The notes: generated by a model from the sequence alone, not told the origin. A DNA stretch of 64,000 nt from Octopus vulgaris (GCA_951406725.2 OX597828.1:16306001-16370000); one strand, 5' to 3'; numbered from the stretch's first letter, positions 40,458-55,187 are shown. A program made the numbers and translations.

Positions 40458-41749
40458 CGAGGGGAGTTCAATAAGTAATGCCCCTGACCCACTTCCCATA
40501 GCAGTAGAGCAACGAAACTTGGCACAGTTATTAGTCTCTTTCTACATAGGAACCACCCAGAGTTACGCATTTCTCCCATCGTTTGATGCAGCTCTGAAGA
40601 CCGTTTTTGTAGAAGACCCCAGCTTGGTCCTCCAACCACGACGTGACTTCAGAAATCAAGGCTGCATCATCTGGGAAACGCTTTCCTTTCAAAAACAAAT
40701 TCATGGCTGGGAAGAGGTGAAAATCAGAGGGTGCAAGGTCAGGAGAGTAGGGGGGATGGGGGATGAGTTCATAGCCGCACGCCTGTGCTTCTGATCTGGC
40801 GACACGCGAATTGTGAACCGGAGCGTTGTCCTGCAGGAGGAGGATGCCTTTGCTGATCTTGCCCCGCCTCTTGATTTTGATAGCTTCTCTTAATTTCCTC
40901 AAAAGTGAAGCATAATAGGCTCCTGTAATTGTGGTACCCTTTGCCAGGAAATCTGTCATCAGTACTCCGTCCTGGTCCCAGAAGACTGTAAGCATGACCT
41001 TGCCAGCAGAGGGCTGCACCGTTGCCTTCTTTGGAGGAGGTGAGTCACGTTGTGTCCACTGCATTGACTGGGCTTTGATCTCTGGATCATAGTGATGGAC
41101 CCAGGTTTCATCCTGTGTAATCAGTCTTTTGAAAAATTTTGACTCATCTTCTTGGCACATCTCCAAATTCATCCTCGAGCAATCGACACGTTCTTGCTTC
41201 TGGAAAGATGTGAGCAACCTGGGAATCCATCTGGCAGACACCTTTTGTATATGCAAATGGTCATGAATGATAGTTTCCACAGACCCGGTACTAATCTTGA
41301 TCTCATGGGCTATTTGGCGAATAGTTATGCGTCGATCTTCCAAAATGGCAGCCTCAACATGACGGACAGATGCCTCATCAATGGCAGAAGGGGGCGACCA
41401 GAACTGGGAGCTGTTTCCACAGAGTTCCGACCATGTTTGAATTCACGATGCCAGCGTTTTACAAGGTCATATGATGGGACATCATCACCATAAGTTACTT
41501 TCATTTTATCAAAAGTCTCCCGTGGTGTGCGTTCTTTCAAATACAAAAACCGGATCACTGCTCGACACTCAACAGGCTCCATTTCACACTTGACTCAGTT
41601 CAAACACCTGTAAATCAGAAACCACAATTAGTTCAGAGCTGTAATTAGCCACTTAATTTATAAAGATATAAATAATTGTACATGCAAAATTTCAGCTAGA
41701 TCAAATAAATGCAAGTGGGTCAGGAGCATTACTTATTGAACGCCCCTCG
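40458..41749 (-). mobile_element. Full-length mariner DNA transposon (1292 bp)
   Basis: TIRs cgaggggagttcaataagtaatgcccctgacccactt / aagtgggtcaggagcattacttattgaacgcccctcg; TA on both sides. Confidence 0.96.
40531..41582 (-). pseudogene. DD34D mariner transposase with one frameshift near 41390
   Basis: N-terminal HTH in ORF 41325-41582 (…SGRP), continuing in 40531-41343: WIPRLL, TQDETW, QDNAPVH, YSPDLAPSDFHLF. Confidence 0.93.
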
Positions 41750-42061
41750 TATGTTATATTGCAGGTTTCCATTATGTCTACAATTTCGTTCCATACTAAA
41801 CGTTGTGGAATGTGAAACATTCGAACTCGTTTCGTTATGTTAAGTATTTTGATTATGGTTGCGATTTCGTTCCACATTTAAGTCTTCTTTTTCAGGTGTA
41901 ACGCCCATCTTCTTCACTCAAAGCGTAACATTCCAACATGCGAATAATATTATAGATTACTGGCTTAAAAACCGCACTCCGTGCGGACTTTTGAATTAGC
42001 TTCTACGGAGGGCTTAAAACTAAACCAAGCTAAATAGCATGACTATAATACGTCTATATTG

Positions 42062-42459
42062 ACTAAATGCCCCGGTGATGTTTGATCAGAAGTTAAGGGT
42101 GGGTGAGTATTAATTCTGTAATGTAATCATTCTATTGTTCTTGTCCCAAGCTGTATTCCAACTTTGGCCAATTTGTCCCAAAGTTCTTATCTCAACCTAA
42201 AATTAACGAAGCAAATGTCGCTTATCTCTGGTATCATCTGACAAATGCAACCAAGATGGCATGAATCAGCCATGCTTTACCTGCTGCGAAAAAACCCAAC
42301 CCAAATGCTTTTAAATCAGATCCCAAATGAAGGGCAGATTTCCAATCCCGAGATCACCCTGATTCAAAAAATGTATAAGATGTCTATGTAGAACAAATGT
42401 AGGCTGAGATACAGGAGTCCCAGACGGACAGACAAAATTTCACTTTTATTGTTATAGAT
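42062..42459 (-). mobile_element. Possible non-autonomous Helitron-like repeat
   Basis: Minus start a|TCtataacaataaaagtgaaaattttgtctgtccgtctg resembles Helitron 5' ends; 3' end degenerate. Confidence 0.35.
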
Positions 42460-42609
42460 TAAATAATCCTTTCCGCTGGTCATCCGCTGGTTTTCGCTCT
42501 TTCGTTTTTAATAACAATGGTCTGTATTGGTTGATTCTTTTACCCTATTTTGTTTGATTCATTCAAACCAAAGACAAATTTGGTTATAAATTAATTACTT
42601 TCACCATTT

Positions 42610-43135
42610 TGTTTCTTTTATTTGTATCAATCATTGAACTGCGACTATGCTAAGGCACCGCCATGACAGGTTTTCGCCGAACAAATCGATTTTAGTACTT
42701 ATTTGACAAGTCTGGCACTTACTCTTTCGGTTTCTTTTGCTGGACCGCTAGATTACGGAGATGTAAGCAAACAGACACCGGTTGTCAAGCGGTGGCGCGT
42801 AGACAGACACGAAAACGAATATGCACACGCATACATACATGCATGCATACATGCACATGCTTCCATATATACATGCATGCATGCATGCATCCATTCATCC
42901 ATCCATCCATCCATACATACATACATGCATACATACATACATACATACATACATACATACATACATACATACATACTATATGCATACATACGTGAAAACT
43001 TCCACGTAGTTTTCACTTTCCAAATTCCCTCATCAAACCTTGACCGAGTGAATTTGGCAAGGTACCGCAGTGTGGAGTTGAACCTGAAATCTCGTGGTTG
43101 AAAAACGAGGTTCTTAGCTACGCAACTATGCCTGT
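42610..43135 (-). mobile_element. Old SINE family A copy
   Basis: Diverged A-family blocks flanking a (CATA)n tract. Confidence 0.6.
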
Positions 43136-43364
43136 GTCTATAATTTAATACATAGCGCATTCAGTGTAACTGTTTTGTCGTTGGTGCTGCAGTTTAGACC
43201 CAGGTCGGGCTTGTGGAGGCGCGTCACTTAATAGTTAGGGTGTCGGACCCATGATCGTATGCGGTCCTTGCATTTTAACCCATTGAAGAATACAACAGTG
43301 TGTCCATAATTACAGACAATATATAAGATGTAAATTGAGGAAAATGAAGTTGTTGCCTCTCTCA

Positions 43365-43458
<94 letters not shown>

Positions 43459-43461
<3 letters not shown>

Positions 43462-45175
43462 TAGTTTTATTTTTTATAGCGTGCTTTCACTTCACTACCG
43501 AGCGCAGCTCTGTGTGCCTTAGGTATGTGCTGTGATTTGTTGTGATGCTCTGATGGTTATTGTATGGAAAGTGTTCTGCGTAGGATGTGTGCAGTGCCTA
43601 GTAGTGCAATTTTCTGTATGTTATATGTGTTTGTATCCTGGTGTTTTTGTTATGTATTTGTCTGAATATTTTTTTATCATGCCTAATGCACCTACTATGA
43701 TAGGAATTGTTTCTGTTTTTAGAATCCACATTCTGGTTACCTCTATTTCCAGGTCTTTGTATTTTGAAAGTTTCTCCATTTCTTTTAGAGACACGTTGTC
43801 ATCTGCCGGTATTGATACATCAATTAGAAAGCATTTTTTTTCTTCATGATCTCTGACAACTATATCTGGTCTGTTGGCCTTAATTTCTCTATCTGTGTGT
43901 ATCGGCATATCCCAGAGTATGGTTGCTTTCTCTTTTTCTGTGACCTTTTCTGGTGTGTGCCTATACCATCTTTTTTCTGTTGTTATTCCATAATGTTGGC
44001 ATAGCTTCCAGTGTATGTAGGTTCCAACTTTATCATGACTGTGAATATATTCCTTCTTAGCCAGAACTGGGCAGCCAGAGATAATATGATTTATTGTTTC
44101 TTATCCATCTCCACATTCTCTGCAGTTACTTGTTATATTTCTTTTGATTACATGTTTTTGGTAATTTCTGGTGGGGAGGCTTTGGTCTTGTGCTGCAATT
44201 AAAAATCCTTCTGTCTCTGCTTTGAGTCCTGAGCTTCTCAACCATTGTTGGAATTTTTCTTTGTCTATTTCTTTTGCATTTAGTTTAGTCCAGTATTTAC
44301 CATGAAGGGGCTTTTCTTGCCATCGTTTTATCATGGTTCGTTGCTGTTCTATTTTTAATTTGGATTTCATTTGTTTTATAGCTTTTGTTGTTGTTTCTTC
44401 TTCTTCTTCTTCTTCTTCTTCTTCTTCTTCTTCTTCTTCTTCTTCTTCTTCTTCTTCTTCTTCTTCTTCTTCTTCTTCTTCTTCTTCTTCTTCTTCTTCT
44501 TCTTCTTCTTCCTCTTCATATTTGTTAGGTGGTATGATTTCTTGTTTGTATTTGTCAGCTTCCTTAAATACTGAGAACAGTTTTTTGTTTTGCTCGTGTT
44601 TTGCCGCTATTTGTATCAGTTTTCCTTCCTTCTGAAGTAGATATTTTTGCAGTCCTATGGTGGTTATTTTATAGTAGTTTTCCAGCTGTGTAAGGCCTCT
44701 ACCACCTTCTATACGTTGTATATATAGTCTTTCTATGTCAGATTTTGGGTGATGCATCCTAGATCCTGTCATTATTTTTCTTGTTTTCCTATCTATTTTG
44801 GTCAGTTCATTTAGTTTATAATTGGTGTTGTTGTTTCGTCTATTTTGATTTTTGGGAGGTATAGTCGGTGGTCCATTTTCAGCTCTGTGGTTTTCAGTTC
44901 TTTGATTATTTTACTCATAATCATTAGGTTCCCCTTCGTTGTTTCCAGGTTTTAGATTTGTGTCGCTTTCTTTCTTATTTATATGTTTGTTTGTCGTGTT
45001 TTGGCTTGCTGTTTGTCGTGTATTATTATGCATCCTTACGGTCTGGGTTTGTTGTTTTTTGTTTACATCGTGTTTGTTGGGAATGTTACGTTTGTCTTCG
45101 TGTTTTACTGTTTCAGTGTTTATATTATTGGGCATTGTTGTGTGGCCTCTATCTACATTTTCTTATCTACAAGTC
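43459..45175 (-). mobile_element. R4/Dong-clade non-LTR retrotransposon, internally deleted, 3' end at (TAA)n
   Basis: HPKSDIERLY..GGRGL thumb, AETEGFLIAAQDQ, CREC/H/C zinc knuckle, ILWDMPIHTD, RPDIVV, IDVSIP, KLSKYKDL REL motifs; abuts (TAA)n at 43368-43458. Confidence 0.9.
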
Positions 45176-45924
45176 TTCTTCTTCTTCTTCTTCTTCTTCT
45201 TCTTCTTCTTCTTCTTCTGATTACGATTGTTGGCGCTGTGATTGTCGTTGTTGTTTGGTCGTAGGCCGCCATGTGTCAGCAGACCTTTAATTAAATCGTT
45301 CCAACTGTAGCAACCCCATCATTTTCCTGCGCATCATCGATTATAAAGGTCAATGCGTCCTTTCTAATGCGCCCTTTCATTTTAAAGACGGTAGTGTGTC
45401 TTTCGAGGGACGCCAAACTGTTATTTCTAGCATATTGTGTTCTCACGATGACTTCCTCCCTCCCTGCTCGTTCTCTGTCTTTCTCTCCCCCTTCCTCTCT
45501 CTCTCTCTCTCTCTCTTGTTAGATGGGATATCTTTAAGGTTGTTCATTATCGTCATCAGAAATGTCATTTGTATGTCCAATTTTGCTGCTGTCTTAGTTT
45601 TAGATTTTATCTATAGAAATTGTAATCCAATTTCTTGAGATAATTTCACTGCAGCACTAAGTATCGATTTACAACCTCCTTTCTTGAAATTATAGTCAAC
45701 AAAAGTAAGTAGCAGGTTTTACTGTGAGCTACGAGAAAATGCTGTGAAGAATTTCAACTCTTTGTGTGTCTAAATCATTTTCACAAGTTTGTCCTAAATG
45801 TCTATACTTGATTTCAGCCATTTAGCTACCATTTGTTTCATGCGTTCTGTGCAACCTAAAGCTTTCTTTCCCCAAGCGCTAAGTAACTCTGGCATTTGAA
45901 AGAAATTGAGAAAATGTATCATAT

Positions 45925-46345
45925 AAGTGCGAGCGTGGATGTGTGGTAAGAAACTGGTTCCCTAATCACATGGTTACAGGTTCAGTCCCACTGTGTGACA
46001 TTTTGGGCAAGTGCCGTCTAATATAGCCTCGAGGCGACCAAACGCTGTGAATGAATTTGGTAGACGGAAACTGCAAGAAGCCCGTGGTATATAGGTGTTT
46101 GTATTTGCATGTGTGTGTGATTGTGTGTGTGTGTGTACGTGTTTCTGTCCGTGTTTTTCCCCCACCACTGCTTGACAACCAATGTCAATGGACTTACGGC
46201 ATCGTAACTTAGTGGTTAGGTAACAAAGCCCGACAATGAGTACAAGGTAAAAAAAAAGGTACTGGAGTCGATTCATTCGACTAAAAAGTTCATCAATGCA
46301 GTGCCCCAGCATGACTGCAGTCTAATGACTGAAACATGTAAAAGA
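45925..46345 (+). mobile_element. SINE family A (diverged)
   Basis: ggttcagtcccactg...gtgccccagcatgactgcagtctaatgactgaaac. Confidence 0.75.
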
Positions 46346-46409
46346 TAAATGATTTTATGCATGGGCACCAGGCAAATATGTCCTGTGTATCACGTGATAC
46401 ACAAGATAG

Positions 46410-47625
46410 CCCACAAGAGGCTAAACAAAGAGGGGAAAAACAAGGACAGACAATGGGATTAAGTCGATTACATCAACCCCAGTGCGTGACAGGTACTTAA
46501 TTCATCGACTCCGAAAGGATGAAAGGCAAAGTCGACCTCGACGGAATTTGAACTCAGAACGTAACGGCAGACGAAATACCGCTTAGCATTTCGCCCGGCA
46601 TGCTAAAGTTTGTGCCAGCTCGAATTCCTATGATGTTCTCTGCCGCCAAAGACTACTCTTAAGTCTTTAATATTTTATTGTTAAATCTCCTTTTAGGCAA
46701 ACTTCGCTTTAGCGGTATACAAAATGCTTATTCATCGCTGAGAATGACATTGTTTTTCATAACCTACTTGCCTATTATTAAAAACATCTAACGTTCAAAA
46801 ATGGGGATCGACTTTACTCAGTAATATCCCCTCCGCCATCCCCAACTAAATTTTGAGTCTTTGAGTTCGTTGTAGAAATTGTCGCTGGAAGATGGTAGGG
46901 GGTTTACTCCCCTGCTGGCAATATATATCGTGTACAGATTGCCTCGAATACCCAGCTGGTGAAAGCATCCTGAGACTAAAATGGCAGCAACGTCGATTCC
47001 GACGGAACAGTCATTTTGAAGCGGCCATCTGTTGCGACGACAAGGGTCCCAGCTGACACGATCAACGGAACAGCTTGCTCGTGAAATTAACGTGCAAGTG
47101 GCTGAGCACTCCACAGACACGTGTACCTTTAACGAAGTTTTCAGGGAGATTCAGCGTGACACAGATTGTAACAAGGCTGGCTCTTTGAAATACAGGTACT
47201 ACTCATTGCTGCTAGCTGAGTGGACTGGAGTAACGTGAAATAAAGCGTCTTGCTCAAGGACACAACGCGTCGCCGGGAATTGAACTCACGACCTTACGAT
47301 TGTGAGCCGAATGCCCTGGATATAATTTTTATTTCTCTATACTTTTAGTTATATTTTTAGTTTAGATGTGTCACCGAATTTTGAAAAGAATATATATTTC
47401 TTTACTACCCACAAGGGGCTAAACACAGAGGGGACAAACAAGGACAGACAAACGGATTAAGTCGATTTTATCGACCCCAGTGCGTAACTGGTACTTAATT
47501 TATCGACCCCGAAAGGATGAAAGGCAAAGTCGACCTCGGCGGAATTTGAACTCAGAACGTAACGGCAGACGAAATACGGCTACGCATTTCGCCCGACGTG
47601 CTAACGTTTCTGCCAGCTCACCACC
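46410..47625 (-). mobile_element. SINEs: family B 46410-46620 and 47395-47625; family C-related 47020-47320
   Basis: Reverse-complement matches to families defined above. Confidence 0.78.
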
Positions 47626-47689
47626 CTTAAAAGAATATAAATGCGCCGCAAGTGAAAAAAACAAGAACAGGTAGCGGAGCACTGCTCTA

Positions 47690-48830
47690 TCCCACGGCGT
47701 GTAAACGTTCATTATTTATTGTTCGGTAGTAAAATTGCATTGTAGCACTCCACATGTCAACTGAATTAATCCACTAATAAAGATCCCTTCTACACTCTTT
47801 CTCGTTTTCATCCCTGCTTTCTTCTGCAATATCTTCTTTCTTTCTCTAGCCCTGTATCCCTCTGTATAATCTCTGAGTCACTATAATGAGGAACATTAAC
47901 TATTGCCTCATATATACAATCATCCATTCTCCCACATCGTCTTCATCCATCTTGTATGCAAAATCCTTAGCAGAAGGATTAGTATTAGTTAGATCATGAA
48001 CGAAAGAAAGTAATTCATGCATAATCTGCCGTTCCTTTGGAACTTTAAATTCTATAAAGTCATTTAGAGTCGTCATCAGATAAAGCCTCACTCATTCGCA
48101 ATCTATATCATCCGTTTTTCAGTGTTTATGTCTCTACAGACTTCTGTCCATTGGCAATGCAGTAAACCATTATATCTCTCATATTAAATTCTTTAAAGGA
48201 TCTGCTATACTAGTCTGCCAGAGGTAACTGCACTTAGTAGTCGCCTCATAAACGAGAAGTGATACTAAGATTTAAGAGAACGTAATATACCTTTGTCTTG
48301 GGTTTGAATAAATGGCATGCAATTGAGAGGAAGGTCGGTAAATAAAATTTTAATTGTTAGCAGACATCCAATTTTCAGATGTGTGAATCAGTTATCTAAT
48401 AGAAACATTATTTAAGAGCTTCGTCTGCCGCTCCGTTTTGAGTTCAAATTCCGCCGAGGTCAACTTTGACATTCATCCTTTCGGGGTTGATTAAATAAGT
48501 ACCAGTTACGCACTGGGGTCGATATAATCGACTTAATCCGTTTGTCTGTCCTTGTTTGTCCCCTCTGTGTGTAGCCCCTTGTAGGCAGTAAAGAAATAAG
48601 AAACATTATTTAAGAGTTGTGGTCCTGACTAAGAGAGTCACAATGAGTGACTGTCTTAGCTTCGGAAACACAATATTTTCAACAGAATATATACGTTTGT
48701 TATGATGCGTAGATAGCTGTTTTAAAATATTTCTAATGAAATTTTTGGCGTAAACCAACGCTTCTTCTTGGCACAGTAAATAACTAATTGACTCGTTTGG
48801 TGCGTTTAAGTGCGCTCTTCACTCTGTGTT
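47690..48830 (-). pseudogene. Tigger/pogo-type (DDE_1) transposase relic
   Basis: Islands IYCAKKKRWFT, IMFLLDN*FTH, LPLNCMP / IQTQDKGILRSLK, KEFNMRDIMVYCIANG...TLKN, DVGEWM, HYSDSEII in the expected order, with stops and frameshifts. Confidence 0.65.
48419..48598 (+). mobile_element. 5'-truncated family B SINE with 18-bp TSD
   Basis: agaaacattatttaagag at 48401-48418 and 48599-48616. Confidence 0.9.
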
Positions 48831-49046
48831 CAAGGCTATCACTAAGTTCACTTGACACAAAAGAAAGAACATATAGCGTTCTGGGTTACAGAAACCTCAT
48901 CGACTTAAATATGAGTTTATCTTGGCATGTAAAATGAGGACTCATATTGATGCACGCCATTTTATCTATGTAAAGTTTCTTTGGTGTTCTAAATAAATGT
49001 TTCTGGGTAGATTTGTGGATTATTATTTAACATCTGACATAAATAA

Positions 49047-50500
49047 GGCGGTGAACTGGCAGAATCGTTAGTACGCCTGGCAAAATGCATAGCGGCATCC
49101 GTCCGTCTTTACGTTCAGAGTTCAAATTTCGCCAAGGATCTATTTCGTCTTTCATTATTTCGGGGTAGATAAAATAAGTACCAGTTGAAAATTGTGGTCG
49201 ATGTAATTGACTTTATACCCTCCTCCGAAATTTATGGCTTTGTGCTAAAATTTGAAACCAGTACCTGACATATTTATGCTAAGAAAAATACCTCTACAGA
49301 GTCGTTTGACTTGGTAATAAACCTTTCTACAAAAGGCAGAAGGCCTGAAATTTTAGGAGAGAGGACGAGTCAATTACATCGACTCAGTGTTTCACTGGTA
49401 CTTAATTGATCGACCTCGAAAGGATGAAAAGCAAACTCGGCCCCGTCAGAATTTGAACTCGAAACGTAAAGATGGACGAAAAGCTGCTAAGCATTTTGTC
49501 TGGTGTGCTAGCGATTCTGCCAGCTCGCTGCTTTGCTTGACCTGGTAATAATCTTTTCTATTAAAGGCAGAAGGTCTGAAATTTGTTGGGAGGGGGCTAG
49601 TCGATTACATCGACCCCAGTGTTTCGCTGGTATTTCCTTTATCGACCCCGAAAGGATGAAAAGCAAAGTCAATTTCGGTGGAATTTGAACTCAGAACGTA
49701 AAGACGGACGAAATGCTACTAAGCATTTCGTCCGGCGTGCTAACGATTCTACAAGCTCGCCGCTCTTCACCTGGTAATAATGGTAACCAAATTCTTCCCA
49801 CATAACACTAGTGAACAAAGAAGATTACACTGGGGAATTCAGAGGCTTATATGAAAACAGATGTAGTGGTAAAGTCTCGTACAGCTTTGATCTGTTCGGT
49901 CCTGATTGGCCTGGGATTAAACAACAAAAAACGCTACCAACACACAAAAAAATAATATGAATAACATCTTGTATGTCCTGGCGGCGTTCAATTATTGAGG
50001 AAAACCTACAGGACAATAGAAGTAAGGTTAAGTTACCCAGGATGTAGATATATGAGAATTGGCTCTTTCTTTATTCTTTTGTTCTTTTCTTCTTTTACTT
50101 GTTTCATTCACTTGACTGTGGTCATGCTGGAGCACCGCCTTGAAGGGTTTTAGTCGAACAAATCGACCCCCAAGGCATATTTTTAAAACTTAGTACTTAT
50201 CTTATCCTCCGCTTTTGTCGAACCGCTAGCGTACAGGCGCTTAAACGCACCAACACCAGTCGTTAAGTGGTGATGAGGGACAAACACAGATACAAACACA
50301 CACACACACACACATAGATATATAATTATATATATGTATACGACAGGCTTCTTTCAGTTTACATCTACCAAATCCACTCACAAAACTTTAGTCGGCCCGA
50401 AGCCAAGGTAGAAGTCATTTGCCCAAGGTGCCACGCAGTAGGACTGAATCCAGAACAGTGTGGTTGGAAAGTAAGCTTCTTAGAACACATTCAAGCCTTC
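49047..50500. mobile_element. SINE cluster (B plus 49047-49260; two B minus 49330-49762; A minus 50090-50500)
   Basis: Family matches. Confidence 0.72.
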
Positions 50501-50622
50501 ACCTATGTGTTTGTACATACGTATTTGTATGTGTTCGTATTACTACATATATGTGTCTCTTCGTCTACCTGCGTGCATGTGTATACCCGTATTTCTAAAT
50601 ACATATGTGTGTCCCAGTATAT

Positions 50623-51330
<708 letters not shown>

Positions 51331-51366
51331 CTGTATGTATGTATATATGTATATATACATACAGGG

Positions 51367-51577
51367 AAGAGAGGGGCTGAAAATTTACTGGCTTTGGGTG
51401 AAAGAAAATTAAGGACGGTCAGATAATAAAGATTTTATTCAACATATACCCCCTTCAGACTCACACAGCAGTCCTTGGGGTTTTATAAGACCTTTAAATA
51501 ACACTCGGACGATTGAGCCTCCAACCAGGTCTTTCACGACACCCACAAAGTCAAGGACTTTTCAGCACTCCCTTGTA
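51367..51577. mobile_element. Mariner-derived MITE, second copy
   Basis: gaggggctgaaaatttactggc ... ggacttttcagcactccttgta; internal match to 50623-50833. Confidence 0.6.
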
Positions 51578-51579
51578 TA

Positions 51580-51987
51580 GGAGGAGTGGTTCTGTGGTAA
51601 GTAGCTTGCTTACCAACCACATGGTTATGGGTTCAGTCCCACTGCATTGCACCTTGGGCAAGTGTCTTCTAATATAGCCTCGGGCCGACCGAAGCCTTGT
51701 AAATGGATTTGGTAGACGGAAACTGAAAGAAGCCATCGTATATATGTATAAATATATGTATATGTGTTTGTATATGTTTGTGTGTCTGTGTTTGTCCCAT
51801 CAGCATCGCTTGACAACCGATGCTGGTGTGTTTACGTCCCCGTAACTTAGCGGTTCGGCAAAACAGACCGATAGAATAAATGCTAGGCTTACAAAGAATA
51901 AGTCCTGGGGTCGATTTGCTCGACTAAAGGCGGTGCTCCAGCATGGCCTCAGACAAATGACTGAAACAACTAAAAGAGTAAAGAGAG
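51580..51987 (+). mobile_element. SINE family A
   Basis: Head-to-tail match. Confidence 0.85.
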
Positions 51988-52587
51988 TATATATATATAT
52001 ATACACACGCACATATATTTACGGAAATACACACACATGCACACACAAACACACACATACACACACACACACACACACTTCATATGTTTGTGTCCATTTT
52101 ACCTACATATATATGTCCGTATCCGTTTCCGATCTTGTTTGTCCCAATATGTCGGTATGTATTCAACCGTGTATCCGTATTTCTGTACATGTGTGCATTT
52201 CTGTGTATATGTGCGTCTGTCGGCGTTTAAGCTCATGTATATGTACGTTTGTGTGTCGGTGTGTCCGTGTATCTGGATATATGTGTGGGTGTGCTTGTGA
52301 TTTTATGTGTATGTGTGTGTGTGTGTCAGTCTCCGTGCGTGTATATGACGGTTTGTGTGTCCTAGTGTGTACGCCATCATCAATATCTATGTATGTCAGT
52401 CTGTATGAGTCTGTACATGTATATGTGAGACAGAGAGATAGTGTGTGTGTGCGTGTGTGTGTGCATGTGTGTGTGTGTGTGTGTGTGTGTGAGTGTGTGA
52501 AATCGTTAGACCGATCAAAATAGCTTATAGACTTTGATATCGGTCACTTTGAACATGTATTGGAAACTGTGTAGGAAGGAAAGAACA

Positions 52588-52640
<53 letters not shown>

Positions 52641-52866
52641 CAATAAAACAAAAAACAAAACAGACACCAAACGAAAAACAGACAAAAGCAAATATGAAAC
52701 AGAGATATAAAAAAAAAATCAATAACAACTAACAAATTACTAAAATAAATAATAACTAAAACATATAAACATTTTTCACGACCAATTGAAATATATTGGC
52801 AATGTTAGCCGTTTAAATTGGTAAAGATTTCAAACATAGGTACACAGAGAATGTGGTGGTGGTGGC

Positions 52867-52925
<59 letters not shown>

Positions 52926-53059
52926 TGTGTGTGTGTGTTTGGAAGGGTCGGCTGTGGTTTTGTGGTCGGCTATATTGACCTCCCTCTGTTAGCAAATTTT
53001 TACATATATTGGTATTTTGTTTTATCAGCTTCATGTTACTAGTCAGAGTAATAATACAG

Positions 53060-53135
<76 letters not shown>

Positions 53136-53155
53136 TAATAATAATAATAATAATA

Positions 53156-53213
<58 letters not shown>

Positions 53214-53571
53214 TAATTATAATCATAAAACAAAACACAAACAAACAACAAAAAGGCTAAGTTGATACTGACGGAATTTTAAGCTAATTCAATACTAAAA
53301 GGGAGGTAATTAATGATATATTTTTGGGGGTGGAGTGGGTCAGTCCGGTGTAGTAAAAACTGTGGCTTCAGATTTTGGCAGAAGACCACAAATTTGTGAT
53401 AGAGGAGCGAGTAAATCGATTACATCGATCCCAGGACTCCAATGGTACTTTTTCTTTTTTTATCCACCTCGAAAGGATGAAATGGCGAAGGTGATCTTGG
53501 TGCAATACAAAGTTAGAAGTAATAATAATAATAAAATAATAATAATAAGAAGAAGAAGAATAAGAATAATA

Positions 53572-53711
<140 letters not shown>

Positions 53712-53866
53712 TATTTATTAGACATTCACTAGTACAACACCAAAAACCCCCCAAATATATGGCACACTAGGCATAACAACAACGTGAACTTCCAACCTGT
53801 TGTCTCTTGAGGTCTCTGGGTGAGACTTGGAGCCAACTTGTACAAACATAAAGCAAAAGTCAAACA

Positions 53867-53984
<118 letters not shown>

Positions 53985-54039
53985 AATAACAATAATAATA
54001 ATGATGATGATGGTAATAATAATAATAATAATAATAATG

Positions 54040-54101
<62 letters not shown>

Positions 54102-54104
54102 TAC

Positions 54105-54138
<34 letters not shown>

Positions 54139-54546
54139 GGCGCAGGAGTGGCTGTGTGGTAAGTAGCTTGCTAACCAACCACATGGTTCCGGGTTCAGTC
54201 CACTGCGTGGCATCTTGGGCAAGTGTTTTCTGCTATAGCCCCGGGCCGACCAATGCCTTGTGAGTGGATTTGGTAGACGGAAACTGAAAGAAGCCTGTCG
54301 TATATATGTATATATATATATATATGTATTTGTATGTGTGTGTGTCTGTGTTTGTCCCTCTAGCATTGCTTGACAACCGATGCTGGCGTGTTTACGTCCC
54401 CGTCACTTAGCGGTTCGGCAAAAGAGACCGATAGAATAAGTACTGGGCTTACAAAGAATAAGTCCCGGGGTTGATTTGCTCGACTAAAGGCGGTGCTCCA
54501 GCATGGCCGCAGTCGGATGACTGAAACAAGTAAAAGAGTAAAAGAG
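54139..54546 (+). mobile_element. SINE family A, full length, within (TAA)n
   Basis: Head-to-tail match. Confidence 0.9.
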
Positions 54547-54578
54547 TAATAATAATAATAATAATAATAATAATCACA

Positions 54579-55128
54579 ATAAATGCCCTGATGCAGTACC
54601 AGGCAGTGGTTCTCATCGCTGCTGATCTTAACTGATTGGAAGTGTTATCATGTACATTGTTTTGTCTTGGTATAAAAGATAAGCTACAGCAAATATTCTG
54701 CTCAATACCACAGATTTGCTTGTCAGTTGTTTGAACTTAACCGGTTGAGCAGGTCTGACGATATGTGCATCTCTGATCCCGAGCAGAAGTAGTAGGGGAG
54801 CATCATAGCCATGTGTTGAGAAGGATTCTTTGGGGTTTGAATGATTCACCTATGGAAACATGGGTGTTTCATTCAACATCCTTAAACAACCCTTAATCAG
54901 GGACCTTTTGAGTGGATGGGTTACCCAACCAGAAGAAAATTCTAACTGGGCCACACCCGCATGGTCATGCGCTGTTTATCTTGTTATGAGATCACCATGT
55001 CGTGCACATATGACTGTGATGCATGTGCCTGGTGTACCCTTATCAGACGGGTAGTCATGATGGGTATACTGGGCTTCGTATATTTGTACCCCAGTGTCAC
55101 TTTGATGGCATGCACTGCTCTCTCACTC

Positions 55129-55130
<2 letters not shown>
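54579..55130 (+). mobile_element. ~550-bp non-autonomous repeat flanked by (TAA)n on both sides
   Basis: Matches 1-460; TAA tracts at 54547-54575 and 55129-55212. Confidence 0.78.

Positions 55131-55187
<57 letters not shown>

Noticed and set aside
45545-45565. Minus-strand CTGATGA
   Set aside because: No GAAA or helices in the required positions.
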